Assembly: GCA_964016885.1 (NCBI GenBank)
Contig: OZ024740.1
Coordinates: forward strand, 358,360,001-358,424,000
Length of the DNA stretch: 64,000 nt
Direction: 5' to 3'
From: Eledone cirrhosa
Lineage: Eukaryota
The notes under the pieces were generated by a model. That model did not search any database. It was not told the origin of the DNA and saw only the letters and a program-made list of their open reading frames with translations. A program made the position numbers and the translations under genes. Each line of letters begins with the position of its first letter. Within the stretch, counting starts at the first letter, position 1. Below, piece after piece: positions 42,657-54,777 of the stretch.

Positions 42657-43909
42657 TCTCCCTTTGTTTGTTTAAAAAAGAAGTAAGTGACATAGTCAGT
42701 ACTTTAAAACAATAGCGTAAGGTCTTCAAAATGTTTTTAATTAAGCATACAGTATATTGCCAAATATACTATATATACATTCATATATACATCGCTATTT
42801 CAGAGCACTCATTCTAATATATATATATATTTATATATATCCTGTGCATCCCTTATTTTGAATATATATTCTAAAGTCTTTGTTTTGAAACTATCATGTA
42901 TATATATATATATGCTTCCCTTCATGTCGATATAAGTACCAGTCAAGTACTGGGTTAGGGTTAGTGTTATCTCTTTCTCACTTCCTTTCTTTCCCTCTCT
43001 ATCCTTCTCTGGAAATAAATTTGCTGTATTCAAACCTGGAGAGGAGATGGACTCTACCAGGTTAAACGATGCTCTTGAAAAGTATATCAATATGGCATCC
43101 CTACGTCACTCTAAAAAGTTACGGATCCATACATACATATGCATATATTAATATACAGAGACACACTCACATAGAAGTAGAGTGAAAGATAAGATATTAG
43201 TCAAGTAAGACCATTATCCAACCAGGTAACTGGGTACTTGATACTTTAAAAAGGTAGATTATTCATTAACTATTAGTCATTATTCATTACTCATTACTCA
43301 TTAATCATTATCTATTAATTTGTTAAAAGGTTCAGTCTAAATAAAACGAGTAGAAGTGTTTTAATCCGATATGCGTTAGATTTGGCTTAACCAGAGAGAC
43401 GCCAAAAAGTAATCCCCACGCTCCATTATTCTGTATTATATGATATAATACTTAGCTACATATATCATATCGCATAATGTAAATGCTTTGCAATAAATCA
43501 CAACGTATTATCAGCATCTTTCTTTCATAAAACAACAATAACTACAACAATCACCACAACCAGCACCTCCACCAGTTATGCTTCATTTTATTGTGCATAT
43601 GATTGCCTGTTGATTATCTGATGTAGGAAAACTTGATTGTTAGATAGCTGATTTTATATTTCAATATATTACGAGCTCTGTGGAGTAATGATTATGGTTG
43701 CTAGATTGTTAAGTGTATCACCTGATTTCGACCAACAGTTTAATCATTCATTTCATTCCAATTCTCTTGCTTCCTTTACAGTTTTGATAAATACAAGAAC
43801 AATGTGCCACCAAATACTCCTCCAAGTCTATAGAGTTTCCCTAAGAATCCAATAGTTAATGACAATTAAGTATGTTTTTGAAACAGCGAGTGAGTTTGAA
43901 ATTAGAAAT

Positions 43910-44093
43910 AGAAGCTTTCACCATATTTTTGACTAAGGAAATGTTAGCTTGATAGTCTTAGAGTCTAAGAAATGGAAAAGGTGACTATTGGCGTACATGT
44001 ACGTCAATACTCTTCTTTTTCCATTTCTTAGGGGGTTCTAAAACCCACTACCAGGCTAACATTTCTTTAGTCAAAAATATGGTGAAAGCTTCT
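43910..44093. repeat. Spacerless imperfect palindrome centred at 43997/43998, same family as 50300-50790
   Basis: Arms are reverse-complementary around CGTACATGTACG. Confidence 0.8.
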
Positions 44094-44619
44094 GTAGCGG
44101 ATAAGTGGTATTCTTAGTATGGTAGTTTTGATGAAAAGAATAATGCCATGATTGAGTTGTTAACAACGTTTATTTATTAATAACAATATTCACTCTGCAC
44201 ATCGAGTAATATTATTTGTGGATTGGCAGTATCGGTAGAGGGTCTGACGCCATGCTTTGATGCATAGAGTTACGGTCCTTACCATTCTGAGTTCAAATCC
44301 CGCCGAAGTTAACTTTGCCTTTCATCCTTACGGGGTCGATAAAATAAAGTACTGGGTAATTGCTGACCTTGTGCCAAAAGTAGAAACAATTATTTATGGC
44401 ATGACATATCCGTACATTAAATTGCTAGCTGCTACGAGCTAACGTGAATGCATGTATCAGAGAAGACGATGATGTAAAAGTTGTGTTGTGTCTTACAGAT
44501 ACAATATGACAGGAAGAATAGGATGATCGTATAATGTAAACAATATGAACTTACTATGTGTGTGTGTGCCTATTCTTAGAATATGTTATTCTCGTAGTAG
44601 TAGTGGTCAATCTGTCAGG

Positions 44620-45480
44620 CAGGCATGGCTGGCTTTCTGGCTGGCTGTGTCGGTGGCCGAGAGGTAGAAGCCAGTAAGGAGCAGGATAGAGAAGGGGTAA
44701 ACTGTCTACTAATGCCTACATCATTATCACTTGCTGACTGCTGCTTTGAGTCTGTCTTTGAGTTCCTTAACTCCTTGTATTTATAATAAGTGCTAAAGTT
44801 AGAAGGATGTGTATATGAGGTTGATTTATGATCAGCCATGTGGATATTGTCTCCCAAGAAGCTGGGGTCACAGGTCAAGTGGAATGTACGTTTATCATCG
44901 TTGACTTGACAAGACAATGGTGAGAATTTTCCAATAATGGTTAGTCCCAGAGGCGAGAAACCTCAGATTCGGTTTCGAATCTTCGCCGGTAAAATATAGG
45001 AGTATTCCGTTATAGTAACCCCCTTCTAGTGAGAAAGGTATGGATCGAACGATCAAGGTGTGTGTGAGGCTAAGATAGGTATGTATTGGCGTGCGGGGTC
45101 ACTCTCGATGTGTAATTCGTATGATACTTTCCCAGTGAGTCGGGGAAGTTGTTGGCGAGTCCGTTGGAGAAACGGTGGGAACTGGTGGCAAATCCTGTTC
45201 CATTAATGCTTTCCTAGTGAATCGGGGAAGTGGCTGGACTGAAGTTTTATGCTATAAGACGATGAGTGTGCAACGAGATTCGGAGCTGTGTGAATCCAGC
45301 TGAAATTAGCAATTCTCGTGTTGTGGCCTGTGTGTGTCCAGGTGAATTAAGCTGCATGTGTCGATAGCATATTTCCGTACCTCAACCAGGTGAAAAGGGA
45401 TCTCACAGAATACCAACACGAATCAAGACCATATGAAAAGCGATCTCGTAGAATCCCCACAGGAATCAAGAACATACACT
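44620..45480 (-). mobile_element. Possible decayed LTR-retrotransposon integrase 3' region
   Basis: GC-richer block with faint RxTPH and ...LSxxV...HxDQ-like traces; not firmly readable. Confidence 0.3.
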
Positions 45481-45509
45481 ATAGACAACAACATTATATA
45501 TATATATAT

Positions 45510-45513
<4 letters not shown>

Positions 45514-45598
<85 letters not shown>

Positions 45599-45640
45599 AA
45601 GGGAAACAAGAGAAAGAAAGAGAAAGACAGAAAGTGAGAA

Positions 45641-45672
<32 letters not shown>

Positions 45673-45710
45673 AGAAAGGGAAAAAAAGAGAAAGAAAGAG
45701 AAAGACAGAA

Positions 45711-45775
<65 letters not shown>

Positions 45776-45788
45776 TAGATAGAGAGAG
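45514..45788. repeat. (GA)n / purine-rich microsatellite
   Basis: Directly visible. Confidence 0.95.
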
Positions 45789-46729
45789 ATGAATGGGACG
45801 GTGGAAGATAAGGTGAAACGGAGATGAGCAGAAACAGAAATAGTAAGAGAGAAGTGGAGGAAAAGAGAACATTGATTCTTAAAATCCTGCGGTCTTCTAC
45901 TTGAACAAATTCTTTCAGTGAAATATGTTTATCGTTTTGACATCTCCGTGACTCTATTTGACATTAGTACTAAACTGTATTTACAAGCTGTGGGCGTAGA
46001 GTGTCCGCATAATTAAGCGGTTCACTTTGCAATCATTACAGCCCGGGTTTATTGGGAAGATGCCATCTTTGTGGGAGAAATTGAATAGACGGAAACTATT
46101 TGGAATCCCGTTGGATGAACTGTACCTGTAATTCAAAGGCCAGTCATATCACAGAATGTGTCACGCTAAATTTCTTTGAGAATTACGTTAAGTTACACGT
46201 TCAATGGAATGGTCTTACACGCTCATTTCATGAGACTGTTGTTTCGTTGATCTAACAGCTGGAATACTCATCTTCGAAACTGACGAAGTTCCATTGACTT
46301 ACATGATATTTCACTACAAATTTTCTTAAATTTTCTGTATTTCTTTTCATACCTCTTTCTCTTTTCTCTTTTCATCTTTTCTCTTTTCTCTTCATATTTC
46401 AAGGCCCTCTACTGGAACAACGACCTTAGGCAGTTCTATTATAAATCGATTAATTAACCTAGAAGTTTGAACAAAACTTCTAGAAGGAAGAATTTAGTCG
46501 AATATATCAATTTGCAGGCGTATACTTATATATATATGTATATATATATAGTAAACGAATGAAGAATAACATGGCCGGCTGTACAAAAAGGCGTTTATTT
46601 ACAGTATTAATTGTTTCATTAATCAGGTGATTCTAAAAGCCGCTGATCGTTAGAAATTACGTCACTCAACCTTAATTACAGTGTTTGTTTGATCAAATCA
46701 TCAGAATACCTTAAACGATACCTTGTTAT

Positions 46730-46783
<54 letters not shown>

Positions 46784-46789
<6 letters not shown>

Positions 46790-46975
46790 GACAGGGGGGA
46801 AGAAAAAATGGCTTCACTTGTGCTTTCAACAAATTTATTTTCTTCACAAAATCCAAAAAGAATTTTTCTTAAAAAAAATTATTTTATAAATTAAGTTGTC
46901 TTTTTGGATTTTGTGAAGAAAATAAATTTGTTGAAAGCACAAGTGAAGCCATTTTATCTTCCCCCTGTCTTAATA
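46784..46975. repeat. Foldback inverted repeat (about 75-bp arms) next to (TA)n
   Basis: TATTAAGACAGGGGG...CCAAAAAG versus CTTTTTGG...CCCCCTGTCTTAATA. Confidence 0.85.
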
Positions 46976-47006
46976 TACCTAACTGTACCAAGGATTACAC
47001 ACATTT

Positions 47007-47062
<56 letters not shown>

Positions 47063-47382
47063 AAGTATGACCCCAAGCAGAAATAGCTGTCGAAACGGCT
47101 TGAGCTCTGCCGTCGGGGTCATACTTTTTCCTATTTCCCACTCTACTACCCTAAGCATTGAGTACTCTGCTGCGTTATGGTCCATCTGGTTTCTTACCAC
47201 TATTCCTTTGGTATATATATATGGGGTAACAAGTTATCGTTATAGGTAATCCAGTTAGAGGTTGTCAGTATTCTTCGTCGTGGATAGTTTTAACGTACGG
47301 CTTTGTTTAACTCAACAAGATGTTTCCATAGTTAGGCAGCGAGTTCGCGGTAATTCCTATGTAGATTATACTTGGAGTAATA

Positions 47383-47490
47383 ATAGTGAAAGAATGAAGA
47401 GTAACATGGTTGGCTGTACAATAAGGGGCTTTATTTATTTATGAAATAAAGCCCCTTATTGTACAGCCAACCATGTTACTCTTCATTCTT

Positions 47491-47497
<7 letters not shown>
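47383..47497. repeat. Foldback inverted repeat (about 52-bp arms)
   Basis: ATAGTGAAAGAATGAAGAG...GGGGCTTTATTT versus AAATAAAGCCCC...CTTTCACTAT. Confidence 0.85.
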
Positions 47498-47532
<35 letters not shown>

Positions 47533-47865
47533 AAAAAGTATTAGCCCGACGGCAGAGCTCAAGCTGTTTCGACGGCTATTTCTGGACGGCTATTTCTGAC
47601 CCGTCGGGGTCATACTTTTTCCTATTTCCTATTTCCCACTCTACTACCCTAAGTATTGAGTACTCTGGTGCGTTATGGTCCATCTGGTTCCTTACCACAA
47701 TTCCTTCGTTATATATACATATATATGTATATATATATATAAAAATAATGATAAATGTGAAGACTAAAATCCAAAGAGGGCTCGATAAGGATAAATATAT
47801 ATCAAATATATAAGAACCCTAGAGCAAATATTTATTAAAATAACAGATTAAAGTTTAAACTTTAA

Positions 47866-47934
<69 letters not shown>

Positions 47935-47997
47935 ATTAGAAAGTGAGGTTTTTTTTACAAAATGAAAAATAACCGAGGTGTTCTACACGAGTGAAAG

Positions 47998-48282
47998 TAT
48001 AAGGAAAAAAGATGAAATCGAAAATGCAACTGCGGTCTTTTAAAGAAAATATATATATTTATTTGGTTCCTTTACCGGTTTCGCAGTTATTCTGCTTTTC
48101 AAAAGTAGAATTGAGATGGAGGGTTTGTGGTTTTTCTCACACCCAGATGTGAGAAAAACCACAAACCCTCCATCTCAATACTACTTTTGAAAAGCAGAAG
48201 AACTGCGAAACCGGTAAAGGAACCAAATAAATATATATTTTAAAAAAAAGACTCCAGTTGCATTTTCGATTTTATCTTTTTT

Positions 48283-48289
<7 letters not shown>
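47998..48289. repeat. Foldback inverted repeat (about 143-bp arms, 6-nt spacer) with hammerheads
   Basis: Arms meet at 48141/48148. Confidence 0.9.
48184..48219 (+). ncRNA. Minimal hammerhead with U3-A8 core (minus copy at 48070-48105)
   Basis: CUU-UUGAAAA-GCAG(aagaa)CUGC-GAAA-C(cg)G-UA/AAG. Confidence 0.75.
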
Positions 48290-48328
<39 letters not shown>

Positions 48329-48415
48329 ATATATATATACATATATATATAATACATATACATATATATATGTATATATATATGCATATATATATACATA
48401 CATATATACATATTC

Positions 48416-48496
<81 letters not shown>

Positions 48497-49002
48497 GTAT
48501 TTGCCTGAAACATATAAAAAAAGATCTTCACTGTGTCCAATACACCCATATCGCCGTTGGGAGGCTAACAGAGGGTGAGAACAACCATGGTTACAAACTT
48601 ACAAATTTATTTTTTTATTGCTATTAGTATTACTAACTCTGCAATTTATATAAGCAAAATGATATTGATTTCTTTTAAGAGTTTCTGAAAAAACAATGAA
48701 ATAACTTTTAACAAATTTATGAAGTAGTGTACTAAAATTCATTTTTACTCAAAATGTCTTGTAAAACCAAGAGGCGTCTTATACGAAGGATCATCCAATA
48801 ATCCAGCAAATTATATATTTTATTCTTTTATTTGATTCTGCCATTAGACTGCGGCCTTACTGAAGCGCCAGCCTAATTTAGTCGATTGCATCGATCGCAG
48901 TACTCAGTTTTCAAGTCTGATACTTAGTTTATCGATTTTTTCTTCTTGCTGAAACGTTATGGTACGAGAAATAAACACAGACACAAACGGAGACTGAGTA
49001 AT

Positions 49003-49070
<68 letters not shown>

Positions 49071-49621
49071 TACATGTGCCATTGTCCTGTGTTCACCCTT
49101 CTATCGGTATGTTTACTTCGTTTTTTCTCTTTTTCTTCTACCCGTTTTTCTTTCTTTCTCTCTCTTCGCTATCACTTCTTTCCCTCGTGGGTTTTGATAG
49201 ATAAAAGGCCATGGACACGATATAGATCGATGTTCTCTTATAATTGTTTCTACTTTTGGCACAAGGCCAGCAATTACCCAGTGCATTACTGGTACTTTAT
49301 TTTATCGACCCCGGAAGGATGAAAGGCAAAGTTAACCTCGGCGGGATTTGAACTCAGATCATACAGGGAGGTAACTCTATGCTTCAAAGCATGCGCCGAA
49401 ACATCTATGACCCGTAATAAACAGCTGACGAAGAGAAACTTTCCATCTCTTGTTTGTGTCGCCTTACCTTCTAACACTCGTTATCAGTAATTTTCAATCT
49501 AAATATTCTTCTTAACTCAGTTAATTTAATTTAATTTAATTTAATATTTATTTACATAAAATACAAAACCAATATCCCTCATAACTCATTAGAACAATTA
49601 TCTATAACATGATATACACAT

Positions 49622-49652
<31 letters not shown>

Positions 49653-50091
49653 TCTACTTTAACAGAAGAAAAATATTATATTATAAACACATTTTAAACA
49701 ACTAATAATTGTAAATACACATACTATTAAGATATATACTTAGAATATATTTCCCTCAAATTAACGTTATATGATTTTTTTTTATTCATCTTCCCTTTTT
49801 TCTTTCTTTTCTCGCACTATTTTATCCTTCTTCTCTTTTCTCTTCTCTCTCTCCATAGTTGTTTACATATTCATTTGCATATTAACCCATAAGTTTGAAA
49901 AATCCCTAATACATTCCCACTATCCAGAGAATATCCAACCGATAAGGTATGATTTTCATGGGTATGTCTCTATTTACAAAACAAACTTTGTATTTTATCT
50001 GAGGAAAGCGTACCAATGTGTTTTGTAATCCTTGAAATATATATAATAAAATAAATATGGTTTTATAAATATAGTTTCCATTATTTAATAT

Positions 50092-50140
<49 letters not shown>

Positions 50141-50154
50141 CACACATATATATA

Positions 50155-50186
<32 letters not shown>

Positions 50187-50396
50187 CACACACACACATA
50201 TATATATATGTATATTCATATATATATTTATTTATATATGTACAGTATATATATATACATATACACACATATATATATGTATATTCATATATATATATAT
50301 TAGAAAATATATAGCTTTCACCGTATTTTTGACTAAAGGAATTTTAGCCTGATAATGGGGTTTAGAACCCTCAGATAAATGGAAAAAGATGAGTAT

Positions 50397-50467
50397 TGAC
50401 GTACATGGGAGTCGAACCCACATCTTTGGTTAGCGCGACCACTGTGCTACCATTACACCAACTCATC
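50397..50467 (-). pseudogene. tRNA-like cloverleaf (pseudo-tRNA or SINE head) inside a rearranged repeat
   Basis: A box TGGTGTAATGG, anticodon arm TGGT(CGCGCTA)ACCA, T arm GTGGG(TTCGACT)CCCAT, weak acceptor stem, and a T5 run about 12 nt downstream. Confidence 0.55.
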
Positions 50468-50790
50468 ACCCATCTCTTTAGTCAAAAATACGGTGAAAGC
50501 TATATATTTTCTAATTTCAAACCTGCTCACTGTTTCAAAACATACTTACTTGCCATTTAAACTCGCTAAGAATGTAGTTTCTAATTTGGATGGAAAGAGA
50601 TGGGTGATGTGTTGGTGTAATGGTAGCACAGTGGTCGCGATAACCATGTACGTCAATGCTCATCTTTTTCCATTTATCTGAGGGTTCTAAACCCCATTAT
50701 CAGGCTAAAATTCCTTTAGTAAAAAATACGGTGAAAGCTATATATTTTCTAATTTCAAACCTACTCACTGTTTCAAAACATACTTACTTG

Positions 50791-50860
<70 letters not shown>

Positions 50861-52321
50861 TACGTATATATATATATACACATACGTATATATATATGTG
50901 TGTGTGTATATATATAATATATATACATACGCACATACTTACACACGCTCATACACACATTCACACACGTGTGTGTGTGGCTGTGTAATAGATCGACAAA
51001 GATAACGGGTCTCTGCTATGGACTTAACTTTAGTTTTTCATTGATAGAATTGATAGAAATTCGTGAAATACGAAGAAATCCAGCTGTATTTGGTTGTGAA
51101 AATAAAACTGATGTATCTTATTGGTTTGGTGAGATGAAATATTTATTAAAATTTTACTCTTGATATTTGAAAAGGAAACTCTTGGGGTAAGAAAGTGGAC
51201 GGCAAGAAGATTTAATACTTAAAGATATCTAAGTCATATAAGTAGAATTTTACTACAAGCTATAAATCAACCGACGCTCACACAGATAGATGCATACATA
51301 TATATATACCTAAACACGTACATACACATTCATGCATATATAAACATATACGCACGAATGCATTAAGCTGTTTTTCTGTATTCAATATCAGAATTATTTT
51401 TAGTGTTTTCTAAATAATTACGTATTAGGCCTGTGTATGGGAATGCATGTGAACATGCAACAAATACTTATTTCTAATTTAGGCACAAAGCCAACAATAT
51501 GTGGGGAGGACAAAGTGGATTACATCGACACCAGTTCATAACTGGTATTTTATTTACTCAACCACGAAATGATGAAAGGCATAGTTGAACTCTTATTACG
51601 TAAAGGGCTGTAACTAAATGATTTTAAGCATGTTGTCCGACGCTCTAACGATTCTAACAATTTGAAGGGATGGGGGAAGTCAATTAAATCGAAGTGTACT
51701 GGTACTTTATTTTATCGACCCAATAAATATGAAAGCCAAAGCTAACCTCGATGAGATTTGAATGTAAAGAGATGTAAGCTATATGCCACAAAGCGTGTTG
51801 TCCGACGCTCTACAGATATTGATAATCCAAAGCCCTTATGTATCAAATTATAGTTTCTGATTTAGGCACTGGGCCAATAATTTTATGCGAGGGGAAACTC
51901 GATTATATTGACCCCAGTGATCTACAGGTACTTTATTTTATCAACCTCATAAGGATGAAAGGCAAACCTAACCTCAGTGGGACTTGAAATCAGAACGTAA
52001 AGCGTCGTAATTATAGCTGCACAGCATGTTGCCCGAGGTTTTACCGATACTGTCAATCCAATGTCCTTATTCATGAAATAATATTAATAATAATTTCTAC
52101 TATAGGCACAAGGCCAGCAATTTTGTATCATTTAAGGTTGAGGAGGTTGTCGTGAATGGATCTCTTATAACACCAAAAGCTAGACACACTCGGACTAAAG
52201 TGCCAAAGGAACTTAATGTGGCAAATTCCATGTCTTTCGATGCTATCCACAATTTTCGTACAATATCACACTTGAACCTAGCAATCTTTGGGAAATCGAG
52301 GAGATTAATGACTGTTACAGG

Positions 52322-54114
52322 CAAGGGCCTTGTTTCAAGGGGGTACCAGGGGACAAGTACTCCCCCACGTTTTCAGGAACGGGGAACAAACCATCCTCCC
52401 TACTTTTTTCCAATGAAAAAAACATAGGAAGATCTCCCTAACAAGCCATACATATATGTATAATACATATTTTTACATGTTTATTTATGTGCATATATTT
52501 ATATGAATATATATAGACCCTAAGATGCAAACGGTATTGAATTTTGTTCGTTCGATATTTACATTCATTTGCTAAAAATGAAAAAAAGATCAACTCATCA
52601 ATAATTTGAATGAGAATTGTATAACATTTTTATATGTATTTGTCTCACTAAGTGAATATAGATAAATAAACAAAACATTGTTTATCAAACTCCCAATGGA
52701 AATGCAAATAATTTTATTTTCTACTCTTGAATTTCAGCTGCTTCCGTTTTTTCGTAGTATATAACATCTTCAATTGTTAACGTCTCATGCAGCATTTTCT
52801 TTGATCACGACACTTATAAAAAACATCACCCTTTTCAAGTGAGAAATTTAATCACGCGTATTTATCACAACATGAAGAAAATAAAGTATCGTCACCACGC
52901 TCATTAAAACCTGTGCCTTACTCACTAACACGACTTTCTGCAGTCAAAGACTTCTTGAAAATTATTCAGATGTCGTCATTTCTTTACAAGAGTAACAAAT
53001 GAGTTTGGCACATACATTGCATCCAGAGCTAATGGTATTCTTACGTGTCACTCTACGGGCCAATGTGTTCTTGGATTGCATGTTGTAGTCCATTACTTCA
53101 ATTCCTTGAAGGATTGAACAAATATTTTCAAAGTACCACCGTCAATCTAGGTAGCATGTTGCATAGTGTCAAACTGGTACAGGAGGAGCTAAAAATCTAC
53201 GCAGTGAAGAAACATTTCAGGAGCTGTTCAATACAGCAGAAAAAATGATTTATCAACTCGATATTTCTCCTTTAGAGCTACCCAAGCAACGAAAAGTTCC
53301 TAAAAAATACCAGGAAGCAAATGCGTTAAAATATCAACACTGCACTGTTTTTGGATCATTACAGAGTGCAGTATTTGCAGGTAGCGGATACTGCAATATC
53401 AAATTTGAAAGATTATATTTTTTCACAGGATTTAGCAGATTATGAAAAACTGACCAATATTTTACTCAATGAAAGTTTTTGTGCTGAAGTGATCATACAG
53501 TATCCAGAGCTTGATGAATTTTCTTTAAGGAACGAAATACTTTTTTTATAGAAATCATCATAGTGGATCATCTCTCGAGGATCATCGTAAAATATTTGGT
53601 GAAATGTAACCAAAAGTCCGTCGCATGTTTCCAAATGTTGAGCGATTGCTCAGGTTACTTTTAATGTTTCCAACCAGTTCTTGTGAAGCTGAAATATCTT
53701 TTAGCGCTCTGCAGAGACTCAAAACTTGGCTGCAATCGACCATGAATCAATATTCTAATATGCCAGAGATGTTTTGAAAAAGATTAGTTGTGAAGAAGTT
53801 GCTAAATTATTTATTGACAGCAATGATGCGAGATATGATACGTTTGGAAAGTTCTAAAAGACAATAAATTTACTTTATATTTTTTTTATTCAAACGTCTA
53901 TGTATTATTTTTCGTTTATTTGATATAAATGCTTTTTACTTTTATTTGTTTTATATCTGAACTTCATTTGAATATATAAAATTTAATTAGCGTAAAATTT
54001 TACTTACGTGATAGGGTCCGGGAAAGGAACCATAAGCAATACTAACGTGCTACTTTAAGAATTAACAAATGTTGGTTTGTCCCTTTCACATTTTTAAGGC
54101 AAACGAGGCCCCTG
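52322..54114 (+). mobile_element. hAT DNA transposon, decayed and internally deleted
   Basis: TIRs CAAGGGCCTTGTTT and AAACGAGGCCCCTG; exact 8-bp TSD GTTACAGG at 52314-52321 and 54115-54122; hAT dimerization motif FPNVERLLRLLLMFPTSSCEAEISFSALQRLKTWLQSTMNQ near 53628-53750. Confidence 0.92.
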
Positions 54115-54556
54115 GTTACAGGTAATAATCCTGAAATATGTGACTATTTAGGAACAAACAAATTTTATGTTATAAACATCTTTCTCAATTTATCAACCTT
54201 AGTTCTCATGATTCTTATAAGCGACTCAAAAGAAAAGTGCAAAATGTTTTCAGAGATATTAAGCAACAATGGTGGCAGGGCAAAGCCAAATGAGCATAAG
54301 AGTAAGTAGATCGCAAGGTTATGGTCCTGAATCTTCTTCAACAGCACCTGTAAGAACTGCAGATGGTCGGTCACTTTTGACTGATATTGTTTCCATTCAG
54401 AATTGTTGGGTAGACCACTTCTCTAAGCTCCTTAAAAGGTCTTCTAATGTCGACATAGTTATTATTGAATCAATGGAAAGCTACTCAACTGCAGATGAAA
54501 TGGCCTCAGAATCAATTAGAAATGACATTGCTTCTGCTGTAAAAAAATTAAATAAT

Positions 54557-54777
54557 TATTTCTGATTTAGGCACAAGGCCAACAATTTTTTAGGGGAGTG
54601 GAAAGTCGATTAAATCGACCGCAGTGAATTACTGGTGCTTTATTTTATCGACCCTGTAAGGATGAAAGCAAAGTTAATTTCAGCAGGATTTGAACTCAGT
54701 TCGTAGAGGGCCGTAGTTCTATTATGCAAAGCATGGTGTCTGACGCTCTACCGATATTGTCAATCCACCGTCCTCAC
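54557..54777 (-). mobile_element. tRNA-derived SINE with a 14-bp TSD
   Basis: Same family as 3910; AAAAATTAAATAAT at 54543-54556 and 54778-54791. Confidence 0.85.

Noticed and set aside
46668-46710. Minus-strand CTGATGA-TTTGATCAAA-CAAACACTGTA
   Set aside because: The GAAA box is altered and stem I is mismatched; too degenerate to call.
49425-49450. CTGACGA...GAAAC
   Set aside because: Only 3 nt between the boxes, so stem II cannot form; no stem I.
50397-50467. Functional tRNA gene
   Set aside because: The acceptor stem is poorly paired, U33 is absent, and it sits in a rearranged repeat.
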